Positions 18,029-31,914 of a stretch of DNA of 64,000 nt are shown here, one piece after another. A program made the position numbers and the translations under genes. Every line of letters begins with the position of its first letter. Position 1 is the first letter of the stretch. Source of the stretch: Candidatus Hydrogenedentota bacterium (GTDB lineage Bacteria > Hydrogenedentota > Hydrogenedentia > Hydrogenedentales > CAITNO01); the NCBI GenBank assembly GCA_029776995.1, contig JAKOTZ010000206.1:168-64167 (forward strand), given 5' to 3'. The notes under the pieces are model-generated. The model saw only the letters and a list, made by a program, of their open reading frames with translations. It was not told the DNA's origin and did no database searches.

Positions 18029-20914
18029 GTGGATACCAGGACATTGTGCGAAAGATTGGCCCGTGAATCGGGATGCGAGGTGCGCGGCGATGATCTGATC
18101 CGCGCGCTGTATGCCACGGATGCCTCTATCTACCAGGTAATGCCCACAGGGGTGGCATTCCCGCGGACAGCCGCGGAAACGGCGCGCCTGGTTCGGGCCG
18201 CCGGAGAGGCGGGGATATCGCTCATCGCCCGCGGCGCGGGAAGCGGTCTGGCGGGCGGCGCCGTCGGGGAGGGGATCATCGTTGATTTTTCCCGGCACAT
18301 GAACCGCATTATCGCGTTTGACCGGGATCGAAAAACAGTGCGGCTGGAACCCGGGGTAGTCCTGGATGCCCTGAACGCGTATCTGCAGCCTTGCGGCCTG
18401 CAGTTCGGCCCGGATGTGGCCACCAGTTCCCGCGCCACCCTTGGCGGCATGGTCGGCAACAACTCATCAGGCGCCCGGGCTTCCATTTACGGGGCAACAT
18501 CCGAACATGTGCTGTCCCTGGAAGTGGTGGACAGCTGGGGAGAAATCACAGAGACCGCGGCGGGTCCCGCGCCGGATACTGCTTTTGCCCGGGCGATGAA
18601 TCTGGCGGAAAACATTATGGCAACCGCGGCCGGTCAGGTCCGTGCCCGGTTTCACGCGCGTATTCCCAAACGCTGGCCGGGTTACGGACTGGACCGGGCA
18701 CTGCGAAAAAAAGAACAGCTGGGACGGTTCGATCCGGCTATGCTCATTACCGGAAGCGAAGGCACGCTGGGACTGGTTACCGCGGCGACCTTAAGCCTAG
18801 TGGACCTTCCGCGGGAAAAGGGGCTGGTGGTATTGTTTTTCCCCTCCGTACAGGAAGCGCTCGAGGCGTCCGTTCGGCTGCTTCCCCTGAGGCCGGCCGC
18901 GATCGAACACATGGATCATGTCCTGTTTGATCAGACCCGGGGGCAGTCCGCTTTTGCGTCGGTCCGCGCGTTCCTGGAGCTGGATGAAAAGCCCTGCGCC
19001 TCGATTCTGATGGTGGAATTTGAGGATGAGGTGGCCGATAAGACCCGCGAGACCGTGCGGGCGGTTCCGGAGGGAAGGGGTAAAATCTGTTCTTCCGGGG
19101 ATGCCGCGCGGGTTTGGGCGCTGCGGAAGGCCGGGCTTTCGCTGCTGACCGGATGCCCCGGTCCCGCGAAACCTACAGCGGGCATCGAGGACGTTTGCGT
19201 CCCGCCCGAACGGCTGGCGGATTATGCCGCGGCGCTGCGGGAGATTTTAAGCCGGGAGGGGCTTCAGGCGTCTTTTTACGGTCACGCCGGGTCGGGGCTG
19301 CTGCACGTGCGGCCGGTGGTAGACCTGCACAGACCGGAAGACATCCGGAAGTTCCGCCGGGTAGCGGTAGCGTGTTTTGAGCTGTCCCGCGCGTTTGACG
19401 GCTCTCCGGCGGCGGAACATGGGGTGGGAATTGCCCGGACGGAATTTCTGGCGGAATGGCTGGGGCCTGAATTGCGTCAGGCGATGGCCGGAATAAAAGA
19501 ACATTTGGATCCCCGTGGCATCCTGAACCCGGGGAAAATTATTGACACGGGCCGATACCGCTTTGACCGTGACCTCCGGCAGGGACCGGGCGCTTCGATA
19601 CCCGTTCCCTTTGAACCCGTGCTGGCCTACGCCCTCAAGGACAAATCCTTTGTGGGCAACCTGGAACAGTGCAACGGATGCGGCGGCTGCCGGAAGAGCG
19701 GTCCCACCATGTGCCCGACGTTCCAGGCGGTTGGGGATGAGTGGCTGTCCACCCGGGGGCGGGCGAACATCATCCGGGCAGTGCTGGAGTCCCGGCTGGG
19801 CAATCCGGACGCCCCCCTGCTGAGCGATGAACTGGAGCTGGCCCTTGAGAATTGCCTGTCCTGCCGGGCCTGTGCCACGGAATGCCCGTCCAATGTCAAC
19901 CTGCCGTTGCTCAAAGCTGAACTGCTGCACGCGAAACATTTGCGGCATGGCGTGCCCCTGAAAGCGCGCGTGCTGAGCCGGGTGGACTGGCTGGGCTGGC
20001 TCGGTACCCGGGTTCCGGGCATGGCCAACCGGATGCTGAACCGCCCATGGGTGCGGCGCGGCATGAAGTCGGTGCTGGGCCTGACGGATAAACGCCCGCT
20101 TCCGGCTTTTGCCCCGGAGACCTTTGACCGGTGGTGGCGTCGCTACATTAAAAGAAGGCCGTCAGGTAAAACGGCAGGTCCGACTTCCCGGGGACCGGTG
20201 CTGCTTTGGATAGATTGTTTTTCCCGGTACTATGAGCCGGAGATCGCCCGGGCCGCTGTGGTCGTGCTCGAATCGGCGGGTTATGAGGTTATTATTCCGG
20301 AAGGGACAGTCTGTTGCGGCAGGCCCGCTTTCAGCATGGGACGGCTTGACCTGGCCCGGTCCATGGGAGCCCGGAATATTGAAGTCTTGAGGCGCTGGCC
20401 GTGGGATGTGGTATTTCTGGAACCCTCCTGCGGTTCCATGTTTCTGGAGGATTACCGGGAGCTGAATCTTTCTGGAGCGGAGGATCTGGCGAAACGGGCG
20501 TATTCTTTTGAACTGTTTGTGGACCGTCTGCTGGAGCAGGATTCGGCGGCGTTGAGATGGAACGGGCGCGCGGGGCGTTGCGCGATGCACGTGCACTGCC
20601 ATGCCAAGGCGGCGGTACCGCCGGAGCGTTTTCGCCGGGCGGCATCCAAAGTTCCCGGCGCGGAGGTTACCCTGCTGGACACCGGCTGCTGCGGCATGGC
20701 GGGAGCTTTTGGGGCCATGGGAGACAAGTACAGCCTTTCCGTACAGGTGGCACAGCCCCTCATTGATCTGGTAAACGGCCTGGCGGAGGATGTTGACCTG
20801 TTAGTCTCCGGAACCAGCTGCCGTCAACAGTTAACGCACCTGACCTCCAGAAAACCGGTGCATTTCGCCCAGTGGCTTGCGTCGCGGATTGATATTCACG
20901 GTTTTCTTGACTGA
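18029..20914 (+). CDS. FAD-binding and 4Fe-4S/CCG-domain oxidoreductase (YdiJ-like, GlcD-GlcF fusion; 2-hydroxyacid dehydrogenase family)
   Basis: ARGAGSGLAG, GSEGTLG, GHAGSGLLH, AEHGVG, CNGCGGC, CLSCRAC..CP and CCG motifs. Confidence 0.9.
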   Translation: MDTRTLCERLARESGCEVRGDDLIRALYATDASIYQVMPTGVAFPRTAAETARLVRAAGEAGISLIARGAGSGLAGGAVGEGIIVDFSRHMNRIIAFDRDRKTVRLEPGVVLDALNAYLQPCGLQFGPDVATSSRATLGGMVGNNSSGARASIYGATSEHVLSLEVVDSWGEITETAAGPAPDTAFARAMNLAENIMATAAGQVRARFHARIPKRWPGYGLDRALRKKEQLGRFDPAMLITGSEGTLGLVTAATLSLVDLPREKGLVVLFFPSVQEALEASVRLLPLRPAAIEHMDHVLFDQTRGQSAFASVRAFLELDEKPCASILMVEFEDEVADKTRETVRAVPEGRGKICSSGDAARVWALRKAGLSLLTGCPGPAKPTAGIEDVCVPPERLADYAAALREILSREGLQASFYGHAGSGLLHVRPVVDLHRPEDIRKFRRVAVACFELSRAFDGSPAAEHGVGIARTEFLAEWLGPELRQAMAGIKEHLDPRGILNPGKIIDTGRYRFDRDLRQGPGASIPVPFEPVLAYALKDKSFVGNLEQCNGCGGCRKSGPTMCPTFQAVGDEWLSTRGRANIIRAVLESRLGNPDAPLLSDELELALENCLSCRACATECPSNVNLPLLKAELLHAKHLRHGVPLKARVLSRVDWLGWLGTRVPGMANRMLNRPWVRRGMKSVLGLTDKRPLPAFAPETFDRWWRRYIKRRPSGKTAGPTSRGPVLLWIDCFSRYYEPEIARAAVVVLESAGYEVIIPEGTVCCGRPAFSMGRLDLARSMGARNIEVLRRWPWDVVFLEPSCGSMFLEDYRELNLSGAEDLAKRAYSFELFVDRLLEQDSAALRWNGRAGRCAMHVHCHAKAAVPPERFRRAASKVPGAEVTLLDTGCCGMAGAFGAMGDKYSLSVQVAQPLIDLVNGLAEDVDLLVSGTSCRQQLTHLTSRKPVHFAQWLASRIDIHGFLD

Positions 20915-20936
20915 AAGCGGTCATTTCTGATACAAT
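20907..20936 (+). promoter_or_regulatory. Sigma70 promoter P1 for rpoBC
   Basis: TTGACT-N18-TACAAT with TG extension. Confidence 0.65.
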
Positions 20937-21016
20937 AATTTTATCTGGCCATTGGAGAATGATCTGTGACGTCGATGATCGGGCGAAGTTTATGCCACAA
21001 GGGGGAGTAGTCTGTC

Positions 21017-21045
21017 TTGACTCAGGGCATTATTTTTGCTATAGT
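21017..21045 (+). promoter_or_regulatory. Sigma70 promoter P2 for rpoBC
   Basis: TTGACT-N17-TATAGT with TG extension. Confidence 0.75.
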
Positions 21046-21168
21046 ATTCCCTCCATTTTCGCAAACGCTGAAAAACCCTGATTTTTAGGTCGGGAGGATA
21101 GCGGCGTCCCGTCAGAATCGTGAGTTAAAGCCTTAGAGAACAAGGCTGTCGCATCAAGGAGAGTACGC

Positions 21169-24100
21169 ATGGCTGTCGCGCATCAGATTGAACGGCTGAA
21201 TCTGGGCAAGCTCTCGGAGACGGTGGAACTTCCAGACCTGATAGAGATCCAGACGAAATCCTATTCCGATTTTCTTCAGTGGGACGTACCCCCGGATGAG
21301 CGGAAACTGATCGGACTCCAGGCTGTATTCCAGGAAATTTTTCCTATCGAATCCAATAACGGAATGGCCCGGCTGGAGTTCGTCAGTTACAGCCTGTTTC
21401 CTCCGAAGAATACGGTTCAGGAATGCCAGGATCGGGGGCTGACTTATGCCGCCACCCTCCGGGCTGTTTTGCGTCTGGTGCAGTTTGAAGAAATGCCATC
21501 TTCCTCAGAGAAGGTGGTGCGCAATATCGTTGAAAATGAGGTTTACCTTGGCGAATTGCCCGTGATGACCCCCAACGGCACGTTTATCATCAACGGCGCC
21601 GAACGTGTCATCGTGAGCCAGTTGCACAAATCCCCCGGAGTATCTTTCGAATACAAGCAGATGGTTACCGGGAAGAAGGTGCTCAGCGGAAAAATTACGC
21701 CTTACCGGGGCGCCTGGCTGGAATTTGACTATGACATGAACGACCACCTCTGGGTGACCGTCGACCGTCGGGGAAAGATTCCGGCTACCACGTTCCTTAA
21801 AGCGCTGGGCTATACGGATCCCGAGGCCATACTGGCCATGTTCTACCGGATTGACACGCTGTCCCTGCAGGCGCGGGGGCGCCAGCGCTCCATGCGCCTG
21901 AATGACCAGCCGGTCAAACTGGAAGACGTGCTGGGAGGATGGATCGCGGAAGACGTTATAGACGAAGAAACCGGTGAAATTTATGCGGATGCCGCGACGG
22001 AACTGACCCATGATGTACTGGAAATGCTGTTTCAGAAGCGTGTTCCGCGCCTGAAATTCATATCACCCCAGTCAGTAGCCCTGGATCCATCGATTGTGCG
22101 TACGCTGCACCACGACCAGATCATGACTGAAGACCAGGCGCGCCAGGAACTCTACAAGCGTCTCCGGCCCGGCGATCCCGATACGACCGCCAGTACCTAC
22201 CGCAACCATTTTGAGCGGCTGTTTTTTGACCAGGCCCGCTATGATCTGGCCCCGGTGGGACGCTACAAGATCAATCGTAAACTGGGGCTGAAAGTGGACC
22301 AGTCCATTCGGGTGCTTACCAGGGAAGATGTGGTGGCCACCTTACAGTATATGCACCGCCTGCGCCTGGGAGACGGGGTCGTGGATGATATTGATCACCT
22401 CGGCAATCGCCGGGTGCGTGCCGTGGGCGAGCTGCTCGGGAACCAGATCCGGGTAGGTCTTGCCCGCATGGAGAGGACCATCAAGGAAAGGCTGGGATAT
22501 TCTCAGCAGGATCCCGCCCAGATGACCCCCCAGAGTATCATCAATCCGAAACCGCTGCAGGCCGTTATCAAGGAATTTTTCGGGCGGAGTCCCCTGTCCC
22601 ATTTCATGGACCAGATCAATCCCCTGGCTGAGCTGACCCATAAGCGCCGACTCAGCGCCCTGGGGCCGGGCGGACTGTCGCGGGATCGGGCCGGATTCGA
22701 AGTCCGGGACGTCCATCCAACCCATTACGGCCGGATCTGCCCCATTGAGACACCGGAAGGTCCGAATATCGGCCTTATGGCCTCTCTGGCGACGTATGCC
22801 CGGATCAATGAATTCGGGTTTATCGAGACGCCGTACCGCAAAGTGGAAAAAGGTCGGGTTACCGATACGGTGCACATGCTCTCCGCTTACGATGAAGACA
22901 ACTACACCGTTGCCCAGGCCAACGCGGAAACCGACAAAAAAGGCCGGTTCGTGAGTCCCCTGGTGCTTTGCCGCCGGCGCGGCGACTTTCCCCGGGTGGC
23001 GCCGGAACAGGTGGATTACATCGACGTGTCCACCCGCCAGATGGTGAGCGTGGCCGCGGCCCTGGTGCCGTTCCTGGAACACGACGACGCCAACCGCGCG
23101 CTGATGGGCTCCAACATGCAGCGGCAGGCCGTCCCGCTGCTGCGTACCGAAGCGCCCCTGGTAGGCACCGGCCTGGAGGCTGTCGCCGCCCGGAACTCCG
23201 GCGCTGTCGTGATAGCCGAACGGGACGGCGTGGTCGAATATGCGGACGGGAACCGCATCCTGGTCCGGGTGGAGGAGCACACAGGGAATCCATTCCGTGC
23301 CGAAGTGGACGAATACCAGCTGCGCAAATACCAGCGGTCCAACCAGAACACCTGTATTAACCAGCGTCCCCTCGTGATGGCCGGCGACCGCGTGAAGAAG
23401 GGGGACGTGATTACCGACGGAACGGCCACGGATCAGGGCGAACTGGCGCTGGGCCGGAACGTGCTGGTGGCGTTCATGCCCTGGGAAGGGTACAACTTCG
23501 AGGACGCCATCATTCTCAACGAAGACCTCGTGAAGGAAGATGTCTTCACCTCGGTGCACATCAATGTGTATAAATTGGAAGCCCGCGAGACCAAGCTGGG
23601 ACCGGAGGAAATTACGCGGGATATCCCCAACGTGGGAGAAGACGCCCTGCGGAACCTCGACGAGCGCGGTATCGTGTATATCGGCGCCAAAGTGGGGCCT
23701 GACGATATTCTGGTCGGCAAAGTCACTCCCAAAGGCGAGACCGATCTCGCGCCCGAAGAAAAGCTGCTTCGGGCGATATTCGGCGACAAGGCGGAAGATG
23801 TCCGGGATGCCTCCCTTCGCATGCCCACGGGCGCGAGCGGGGTCGTTATCGACGTAAAAATCTGCAGCCGGCGCGACAAGGCGCTGGATGCCCAGGCCAA
23901 AAAGCAGTTCAAACAGGAGCAGGAAAAACTCGAGCAGTACTACGAGGAACGCATCAACCGGATCCGCGATACCTTTGAACGCCTGGTTCGTGAAGACGTA
24001 ATGGGGCTGACCATCCTGGAAGACGTGGTGGATTACAGCTCTGACGAGGTCGTGCTCGAAAAGGGCCGGCGCGTCATGGTCAAGCATATCAAGTCGCTTC

Positions 24101-25035
24101 CCTACAGCGTGCTGGCGCGGCTTAAAGTGTCCGATCCCGCCGTGCAGCAGAAATTTTCCCGGCTGGTCAACATGGCGGCGCTGGAAGAGGCTACCCTTAC
24201 CGCCCAGCGGGACGCGCGGATAGAACGGTTGCGCAAGGGGGATGAGCTGCCCGCCGGGGTGCTCAAATCCGTCAAGGTGTACGTGGCCAGCCGCCGGCGC
24301 ATGTCGGTGGGCGACAAGATGGCCGGGCGCCACGGAAACAAAGGCGTAGTATCCCGGATCGTGCCGCGGGAGGACATGCCGTTCCTTCCGGACGGCACGC
24401 CGGTGCAAATCCTGCTGAATCCCCTGGGTGTGCCCTCCCGAATGAACGTGGGCCAGCTGCTGGAGACGCATCTGGGATGGGCTGTCCAGAAGCTGGGGCT
24501 GCGCGTGGCATCCCCCGTTTTCAACGGCGCGTCGGAAAGCCAGATCCGCGAGCTGTTGCGCAAGGCGGGACTTCCGGAGAACGGAAAACTTCGGCTGCGT
24601 GACGGTAAAACCGGCGAACCCATGTATCAGGACACCTGCGTGGGATACATCTACATGATGAAACTGAACCATCTGGTGGATGACAAAATTCACGCGCGGG
24701 CTACGGGGCCCTACTCGCTGGTGACGCAGCAGCCGCTGGGCGGCAAGGCGCAGAACGGCGGCCAGCGGTTCGGCGAAATGGAAGTGTGGGCGCTGGAAGC
24801 CTACGGCGCGGCCTATACCCTTCAGGAAATGCTGACGATCAAGTCCGATGACCTGCAGGGCCGCACGTGGGCCTACGAGGCGATCGTGAAGGGAACCCGG
24901 GAAATCGAACCGGGAACGCCCGAATCGTTCAACGTGCTGGTACGTGAAATGCAGGCCCTGTGCCTCGATGTCATCAAACTGGTGCGCAAACAGGGTATCG
25001 GCACGGACACGGATGAAGAAAACGAGGAGGAATGA
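21169..25035 (+). CDS. rpoB: RNA polymerase beta subunit
   Basis: [54 protein letters not shown]. Confidence 0.99.
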   Translation: MAVAHQIERLNLGKLSETVELPDLIEIQTKSYSDFLQWDVPPDERKLIGLQAVFQEIFPIESNNGMARLEFVSYSLFPPKNTVQECQDRGLTYAATLRAVLRLVQFEEMPSSSEKVVRNIVENEVYLGELPVMTPNGTFIINGAERVIVSQLHKSPGVSFEYKQMVTGKKVLSGKITPYRGAWLEFDYDMNDHLWVTVDRRGKIPATTFLKALGYTDPEAILAMFYRIDTLSLQARGRQRSMRLNDQPVKLEDVLGGWIAEDVIDEETGEIYADAATELTHDVLEMLFQKRVPRLKFISPQSVALDPSIVRTLHHDQIMTEDQARQELYKRLRPGDPDTTASTYRNHFERLFFDQARYDLAPVGRYKINRKLGLKVDQSIRVLTREDVVATLQYMHRLRLGDGVVDDIDHLGNRRVRAVGELLGNQIRVGLARMERTIKERLGYSQQDPAQMTPQSIINPKPLQAVIKEFFGRSPLSHFMDQINPLAELTHKRRLSALGPGGLSRDRAGFEVRDVHPTHYGRICPIETPEGPNIGLMASLATYARINEFGFIETPYRKVEKGRVTDTVHMLSAYDEDNYTVAQANAETDKKGRFVSPLVLCRRRGDFPRVAPEQVDYIDVSTRQMVSVAAALVPFLEHDDANRALMGSNMQRQAVPLLRTEAPLVGTGLEAVAARNSGAVVIAERDGVVEYADGNRILVRVEEHTGNPFRAEVDEYQLRKYQRSNQNTCINQRPLVMAGDRVKKGDVITDGTATDQGELALGRNVLVAFMPWEGYNFEDAIILNEDLVKEDVFTSVHINVYKLEARETKLGPEEITRDIPNVGEDALRNLDERGIVYIGAKVGPDDILVGKVTPKGETDLAPEEKLLRAIFGDKAEDVRDASLRMPTGASGVVIDVKICSRRDKALDAQAKKQFKQEQEKLEQYYEERINRIRDTFERLVREDVMGLTILEDVVDYSSDEVVLEKGRRVMVKHIKSLPYSVLARLKVSDPAVQQKFSRLVNMAALEEATLTAQRDARIERLRKGDELPAGVLKSVKVYVASRRRMSVGDKMAGRHGNKGVVSRIVPREDMPFLPDGTPVQILLNPLGVPSRMNVGQLLETHLGWAVQKLGLRVASPVFNGASESQIRELLRKAGLPENGKLRLRDGKTGEPMYQDTCVGYIYMMKLNHLVDDKIHARATGPYSLVTQQPLGGKAQNGGQRFGEMEVWALEAYGAAYTLQEMLTIKSDDLQGRTWAYEAIVKGTREIEPGTPESFNVLVREMQALCLDVIKLVRKQGIGTDTDEENEEE

Positions 25036-25038
25036 CCC

Positions 25039-28000
25039 TTGGCCACATACATCCCCACTACTGGCGAACGGTTTGACGCCCTGCAGATTCGGATTGCGTC
25101 TCCTGAAGAAATCCGGAAATGGTCCAGGGGCGAAGTAAAACGTCCTGAGACCATTAATTACCGCACGTTCAAACCTGAACGGGAAGGGTTGTTCTGCGAA
25201 CGCATTTTCGGTCCGACCAAAGACTGGGAATGCGGCTGCGGGAAATATAAAAAGGTGAAACACCGCGGAATCGTCTGCGACCGCTGCGGCGTGGAGATCA
25301 CAGAGGCCCGGGTGCGGCGCGAACGGATGGGGCATATTAACCTGGCGGTGCCCATCGCCCACATCTGGTTTTTCAAAAATAACCCGAGCTGTATCGGAAG
25401 CCTCCTGAACCTGCCGATCCGTTCCCTTGAACGCGTAATTTATTATGAGCAGTACCTGGTGCTGGATCCCGGCAGCGTGCCGGAGCTTTCCCGGCTGCAG
25501 CTGCTCTCCCAGGACGACTACGAACATGTGGTGGATAAGTACGGGGCGGATGCGTTTGAAGCGGAAATGGGCGCGCCCGCCATCCAGAAAGTCCTGATGA
25601 ACATGGATCTGGATCAGCTGGCTTCGGAGCTGCGGGTGGAATTCCATGAGGCGACTTCAGCCCAGGTCAAGATGAAACTGGTGAAGCGGATGAAGATCGT
25701 GGAGTTCCTCCGCAAATCAGGCAACCGGCCAGAGTGGATGATCCTCGAAGTTATTCCAGTCATGCCGCCTGATTTGCGCCCGCTGGTTCCGCTGGACGGC
25801 GGACGTTATGCCACCAGTGACCTGAATGACCTCTACCGCAGGGTCATCAACCGGAACAACCGGCTGAAGCGTCTGATCGAACTGCGCGCGCCTGAAGTTA
25901 TTCTGCGGAATGAAAAGCGCATGTTGCAGGAAGCGGTTGATGCGCTGTTCGACAACGGCCGCCACGGCAGGCCGGTTACCGGGTCCAACAACCGGCAGCT
26001 GAAGTCGCTCAGCGACATGCTGAAAGGCAAGCAGGGCCGCTTCCGCCAGAATCTGCTGGGCAAACGGATAGACTATTCCGGCCGCTCGGTGATTGTTGTG
26101 GGGCCTGAACTCAAACTCCATCAGTGCGGCCTGCCCAAACGGATGGTTCTGGAACTGTTTGAGCCCTTCATCATTAATCAGTTGCGTGAACGCGGACATG
26201 CCAGTACGATCAAAGCCGCGAAAAAGATGATACAGCAGGGGCGTACGGAAGTGTGGGACGTGCTGGAAGACGTAATCCGCGACCATCCGGTGCTGCTGAA
26301 CCGCGCGCCTACGCTGCACCGGCTCAGTATCCAGGCTTTCCAGCCGGTGATGATCGAAGGAAAGGCGATTCGGCTGCATCCGCTGGTCTGCCGCGCGTTT
26401 AACGCGGATTTCGACGGCGACCAGATGGCGGTGCACGTGCCGCTCTTTCCGGCCGCACAGCTGGAAGCCCTGCTGCTCATGATGTCAGCCACGAACATTT
26501 TCTCTCCTTCAGACGGTTCACCTATTGTAACCCCCACCCAGGATATTGTGTTGGGGATCGCCTGGCTGACCAAGGCCAAGCAGGGCGTCAAAGGAGAATG
26601 GAAAAAAGAGTGGTCCAGGTTTGAGGACGGCCGGGAAATTATCCTGAAACCGGGGAAGGTATACCCGGACTGCGAGTCTGTTGTGTTGGCCCACGAACGG
26701 GGCGAAGTGGATATTCACGCCGAGATCCGGTTGCGCTCTAACGGAAAGGTTATCGCGACGACAGTGGGGCGGGTCATTCTGGCCGAACATCTTCCCAAAG
26801 AGATCACCATCGAGGACGTGAACAGGTATCACGACCAGGCCAGTATCGGCCGGGTGATTGCCGAATGTTACCGCCGCCACGGACACCACAAAACCATCGA
26901 ACTGCTCGACGCGCTGAAAGCGGTCGGCTTCAAATACGCCACCCGCTCGGGGCTTTCTATTGCCATAGACGACCTCATCATTCCCCAAGAAAAGGAAGAG
27001 ATGATACGCAAAGGGGAACAGGAAGTCAGAAACATTGAATCCCAGCACGCCCAGGGTCTGTGCACCACACAGGAACGGTACTCGCGTATTGTGGACCTCT
27101 GGACGGAAGTGTCCGACCAGCTGGCCAGCAAAATGGTCGATGAAATGAAAAACAACGACCAGGGATTCACGGGCGTATACCTGATGTTCGAGTCCGGAGC
27201 CCGAGGCAGCAAAAAGCAGATTCGGCAGCTGGCGGCCATGCGCGGACTGATGTCCAAACCCAATGGCGATATCATCGAATCGCCAATCATCTCGAATTTC
27301 CGGGAAGGCCTTACCGTGGTCGAATACTTCATCTCGTCCCACGGCGCGCGGAAAGGATTGTCGGATACCGCCCTCAAAACAGCTGACGCGGGCTATCTTA
27401 CCCGCCGGCTGGTCGACGTGGCGCAGGATGTCGTCATCGAAGAAGATGACTGCGGCACCCTGAATGGTATCTGGGTGGAACCCCTCAACGTCGGACAGGA
27501 TACCACGGTTACCCTGGCGGAACGTATTGTCGGGCGCTATCCGCTGAGTGACATCTATATATCCGGTGAACCGGAACCGGTGGTCCGGGAAGGTGAAGAA
27601 ATTGACGAAGAAAAAGCCAAGCGGATCATGGATGCGGGCCTGCCGGGCGTAACGATCCGGTCCGTTCTGACCTGTCAGTCCAAAAAAGGCGTCTGCGCCA
27701 AGTGCTACGGGCGCAACCTGGCTACGGGCCACCTGGTAGAACTGGGCGAAGCCGTGGGAATTATCGCCGCGCAGTCCATCGGTGAGCCCGGCACCCAGCT
27801 GACCATGCGGACTTTCCATATCGGCGGCACCGCATCCCGCAGGGTTGAAACGGGCGATGTACGGGCTCCGGAAAGTGGTACGTTGCGTTTCCTGAACATC
27901 AAGACAACTCCCGGGAAAGATGGCGCGGAAATCGTGCTGAACCGGGGCGGCGAAATTATCTTGCTGAACGCCGAGGGTAAGGAAATTCAGCGGATCCCGC

Positions 28001-29154
28001 TTGGCCCGGGCTTCCAGCTGCTGTGCCAGGAAGGCGCTAAAGTGCGCAAAGGCGCTTTGCTGGTCCGGCGCGACCCGTACAACGACCTGGTGGTGGCTGA
28101 AGCGGATGGCGTGGTCTCCCTTGAAGGTATGGAGAAGGGGGTAACCATCCGCATGGAGATCAATAAGGAGACCGGGCTGGAAGAAGTGGTGGTCACCGAG
28201 CACCGCCACGATAAACATCCCCAGATTACGATCAAGGATCCGGAAACCGGACATGTGCTGGCGTTCGTAACCCTGAGGCCGGGAACCCACGTCATGGTGG
28301 CAGACAATGCCAGGGTGGAGAAAGGTGAAATCCTGGCCAAAACGCCGCGGGAAATGGAGAAAACCAGTGATATCACCGGTGGTCTGCCCCGCGTCGAAGA
28401 GCTCTTTGAAGCCCGCCAGCCCAAGAATCCGGCGATTATCAGCCCCATCGAGGGGATTGTCTACCTCGACACGGCGGCGAAAAATATGCGGCGCATCGTG
28501 GTCAAGCCTGAGGTCGGCAAGGAATGGGACAGGCTGGTTCCCGTGCACAAGCATATCAACGTTCAGACCGGAGACAAGGTCTATCCCGGCCAGCGCCTGA
28601 CCGACGGACCCATCAACCCGCAGGATATCCTGGACGTGCTCGGTGAAGACGCGCTGCGCAAACACCTCCTGGATGAAATTCAGAAGGTATACCGGGCCCA
28701 GGGCGTGCGCACCAACGACAAGCACATCGAAGTGATTATCCGCCAGATGCTTCGGAAAGTCCGCATCAAGGACGATCCGGGGGATACGCCGTTCCTGGCC
28801 CAGGAAGAGGTGGACCGCATCCGCTTCGAAGAGGAGAACAGGAAAACGGCCATGAACGACGGCCGGCCGGCGGAAGCCGAACCCATTCTCCAGGGTATTT
28901 CCAAGGCGGCGCTCAGCACCAGCAGCTTCGTGGCGGCCGCATCTTTCCAGCTGACCACCCGCGTGCTCACGGAGGCTGCTATCAGCGGGAAGATTGACCA
29001 ACTGACCGGCCTCAAAGAAAATGTTATTATCGGACACCTGATCCCGGCGGGCACCGGCAGCCGTTTCTATCGCGATTCCCGGCCTGTGGTTCGCGAGGAA
29101 AATGTCGAGGACCTGCTGGACATAGAGGACATGGGAGTAGGCGCGACGGAGTAA
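25039..29154 (+). CDS. rpoC: RNA polymerase beta' subunit (TTG start)
   Basis: Zn finger [36 protein letters not shown]; GGAGG SD within the end of rpoB. Confidence 0.99.
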   Translation: MATYIPTTGERFDALQIRIASPEEIRKWSRGEVKRPETINYRTFKPEREGLFCERIFGPTKDWECGCGKYKKVKHRGIVCDRCGVEITEARVRRERMGHINLAVPIAHIWFFKNNPSCIGSLLNLPIRSLERVIYYEQYLVLDPGSVPELSRLQLLSQDDYEHVVDKYGADAFEAEMGAPAIQKVLMNMDLDQLASELRVEFHEATSAQVKMKLVKRMKIVEFLRKSGNRPEWMILEVIPVMPPDLRPLVPLDGGRYATSDLNDLYRRVINRNNRLKRLIELRAPEVILRNEKRMLQEAVDALFDNGRHGRPVTGSNNRQLKSLSDMLKGKQGRFRQNLLGKRIDYSGRSVIVVGPELKLHQCGLPKRMVLELFEPFIINQLRERGHASTIKAAKKMIQQGRTEVWDVLEDVIRDHPVLLNRAPTLHRLSIQAFQPVMIEGKAIRLHPLVCRAFNADFDGDQMAVHVPLFPAAQLEALLLMMSATNIFSPSDGSPIVTPTQDIVLGIAWLTKAKQGVKGEWKKEWSRFEDGREIILKPGKVYPDCESVVLAHERGEVDIHAEIRLRSNGKVIATTVGRVILAEHLPKEITIEDVNRYHDQASIGRVIAECYRRHGHHKTIELLDALKAVGFKYATRSGLSIAIDDLIIPQEKEEMIRKGEQEVRNIESQHAQGLCTTQERYSRIVDLWTEVSDQLASKMVDEMKNNDQGFTGVYLMFESGARGSKKQIRQLAAMRGLMSKPNGDIIESPIISNFREGLTVVEYFISSHGARKGLSDTALKTADAGYLTRRLVDVAQDVVIEEDDCGTLNGIWVEPLNVGQDTTVTLAERIVGRYPLSDIYISGEPEPVVREGEEIDEEKAKRIMDAGLPGVTIRSVLTCQSKKGVCAKCYGRNLATGHLVELGEAVGIIAAQSIGEPGTQLTMRTFHIGGTASRRVETGDVRAPESGTLRFLNIKTTPGKDGAEIVLNRGGEIILLNAEGKEIQRIPLGPGFQLLCQEGAKVRKGALLVRRDPYNDLVVAEADGVVSLEGMEKGVTIRMEINKETGLEEVVVTEHRHDKHPQITIKDPETGHVLAFVTLRPGTHVMVADNARVEKGEILAKTPREMEKTSDITGGLPRVEELFEARQPKNPAIISPIEGIVYLDTAAKNMRRIVVKPEVGKEWDRLVPVHKHINVQTGDKVYPGQRLTDGPINPQDILDVLGEDALRKHLLDEIQKVYRAQGVRTNDKHIEVIIRQMLRKVRIKDDPGDTPFLAQEEVDRIRFEEENRKTAMNDGRPAEAEPILQGISKAALSTSSFVAAASFQLTTRVLTEAAISGKIDQLTGLKENVIIGHLIPAGTGSRFYRDSRPVVREENVEDLLDIEDMGVGATE

Positions 29155-29203
29155 GGAATCGCGAACCGTTAATCGCTCTCCCCAACCGATATGGAAATCT
29201 CAT

Positions 29204-29246
29204 GCGCGCGGTCGCGGCTCAGTGCTGTGCCCGCGCGCGATAGTTT
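29204..29246 (+). terminator. GC-rich hairpin after rpoC, possible terminator
   Basis: GCGCGCGG...CCGCGCGC stem with inner pairing; weak U-tract. Confidence 0.4.
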
Positions 29247-29416
29247 ATCAGCGCGTTGGCGGTACCGTGATTATGGCGCCGGATTCAGACCGGGAGGATT
29301 TGTTTGCCGTCACGCAATCTGTGTCCGGAAGTAACCTTCCCGCTTAAAGCCTGTCTGGTGGTAGAATACCCGCGAGCGCAAATTCGTTTTAAGAGGGATA
29401 TGAAAAGGGACGTTGC

Positions 29417-30376
29417 ATGTGCGTGTTATGCGGTCTGTTGCTGAATGTGATGGCTGTTCTGAATACCGGCACAATGGTGGACGGTGTGGCGGCCGCTGTA
29501 GGGCGTGAACCGATCCTGCAGAGCGAAGTGATTGAGGAAGCCGGCGCGGAACTGCAGTCCCTGCGGGACAGCGGACTCTCTCCGAGCGAACTGGAGCGCC
29601 AGGCGGACGCAGCGCTGCGGCGCGCGCTGGATCGTCTGATTGAATATAAATTGGTCTATCGCGAAGCAGCCGGAAAGAAAATCGAGATCCCGGAAAAACA
29701 GATTGAACGCCGGGTCACCGCCATTCGCAGGCAGTACCCATCCCAGGAGGCGTTTCTTAAGGCATTGGCGGACTCCGGCCGCACGGTGGATACCCTGCGG
29801 GACGAAGTGCGGAAACAGATGACGGCGTTGCTGTTCGCGCGGGCCAAGCGCCGGCAGTTCGAGCAGGAAGTCACGGTTACGGAAGAGGATATTCGCCGGT
29901 ACTACGAGGAAAATACAGAACAGTTTCATCACGGTCCCCGGGTTAGGGCAAGGCGGATATTCATTGCCGCGGGACGCGATCCCGAAAGCCGGCAGGAGGC
30001 CAGAAAGCGGGCCGAGGACATCCTGGACCGACTGCGGAAGGGAGCGGATTTCGCGCAGACTGCCCTGGATGAATCGGACGGACCGGAAGCGGAAGACGCG
30101 GGAATGATGGGATGGATACAGGGAGATTCGCTCGTTCCCGCGTTGCGCGATGCCCTGGCGCAGCTGGAGCCCGGACAGCTGAGCGATATTATTGAAACTG
30201 ACTTCGGATACCATATCCTGCTGCTGGAGGAACGGCAGGAAGCCGGAGAGATCAGCCTCGAACAGGCCCGCGCTGAAATTGAACCGCTGGTGCGCCGCCA
30301 GAAATCCGACGAGCGCTATCAGCGGTGGGTCAACACCCTGAGGCAGCAGGCGGATGTCCGGCTGTTTGTCCAGTGA
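29417..30376 (+). CDS. SurA/PpiC-type peptidyl-prolyl isomerase
   Basis: SurA_N-like VDGVAAAVGREPILQSEV; rotamase motifs GADFAQTALDES and IETDFGYHIL. Confidence 0.88.
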   Translation: MCVLCGLLLNVMAVLNTGTMVDGVAAAVGREPILQSEVIEEAGAELQSLRDSGLSPSELERQADAALRRALDRLIEYKLVYREAAGKKIEIPEKQIERRVTAIRRQYPSQEAFLKALADSGRTVDTLRDEVRKQMTALLFARAKRRQFEQEVTVTEEDIRRYYEENTEQFHHGPRVRARRIFIAAGRDPESRQEARKRAEDILDRLRKGADFAQTALDESDGPEAEDAGMMGWIQGDSLVPALRDALAQLEPGQLSDIIETDFGYHILLLEERQEAGEISLEQARAEIEPLVRRQKSDERYQRWVNTLRQQADVRLFVQ

Positions 30377-30490
30377 GGCGCGTGATGAACCGCAGTGCTG
30401 AACGGTTATTCCTCCGCTGCCAGGCTGTGGTAAAATAGCCCCGAATGATGAACGGTCTTCGCGTCTGATGTGTTTCAGTACAGGGCCTGA

Positions 30491-31861
<1,371 letters not shown>

Positions 31862-31878
31862 TTTACGCAAACATCGGA

Positions 31879-31910
31879 GCGGGAGAGGCGGTGCCTCTCC
31901 CGCATTTTTA
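31879..31910 (+). terminator. Intrinsic terminator after eno
   Basis: GCGGGAGAGGC-GGT-GCCTCTCCCGC followed by ATTTTTA. Confidence 0.75.
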
Positions 31911-31914
31911 TATC

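Noticed and set aside
22342-25647. 1101-aa antisense ORF over rpoB/rpoC (also the 839-aa ORF over rpoC and those over eno, alaS and the NtrC gene)
   Set aside because: In-register antisense shadows typical of GC-rich, codon-biased genes; no recognisable motifs.
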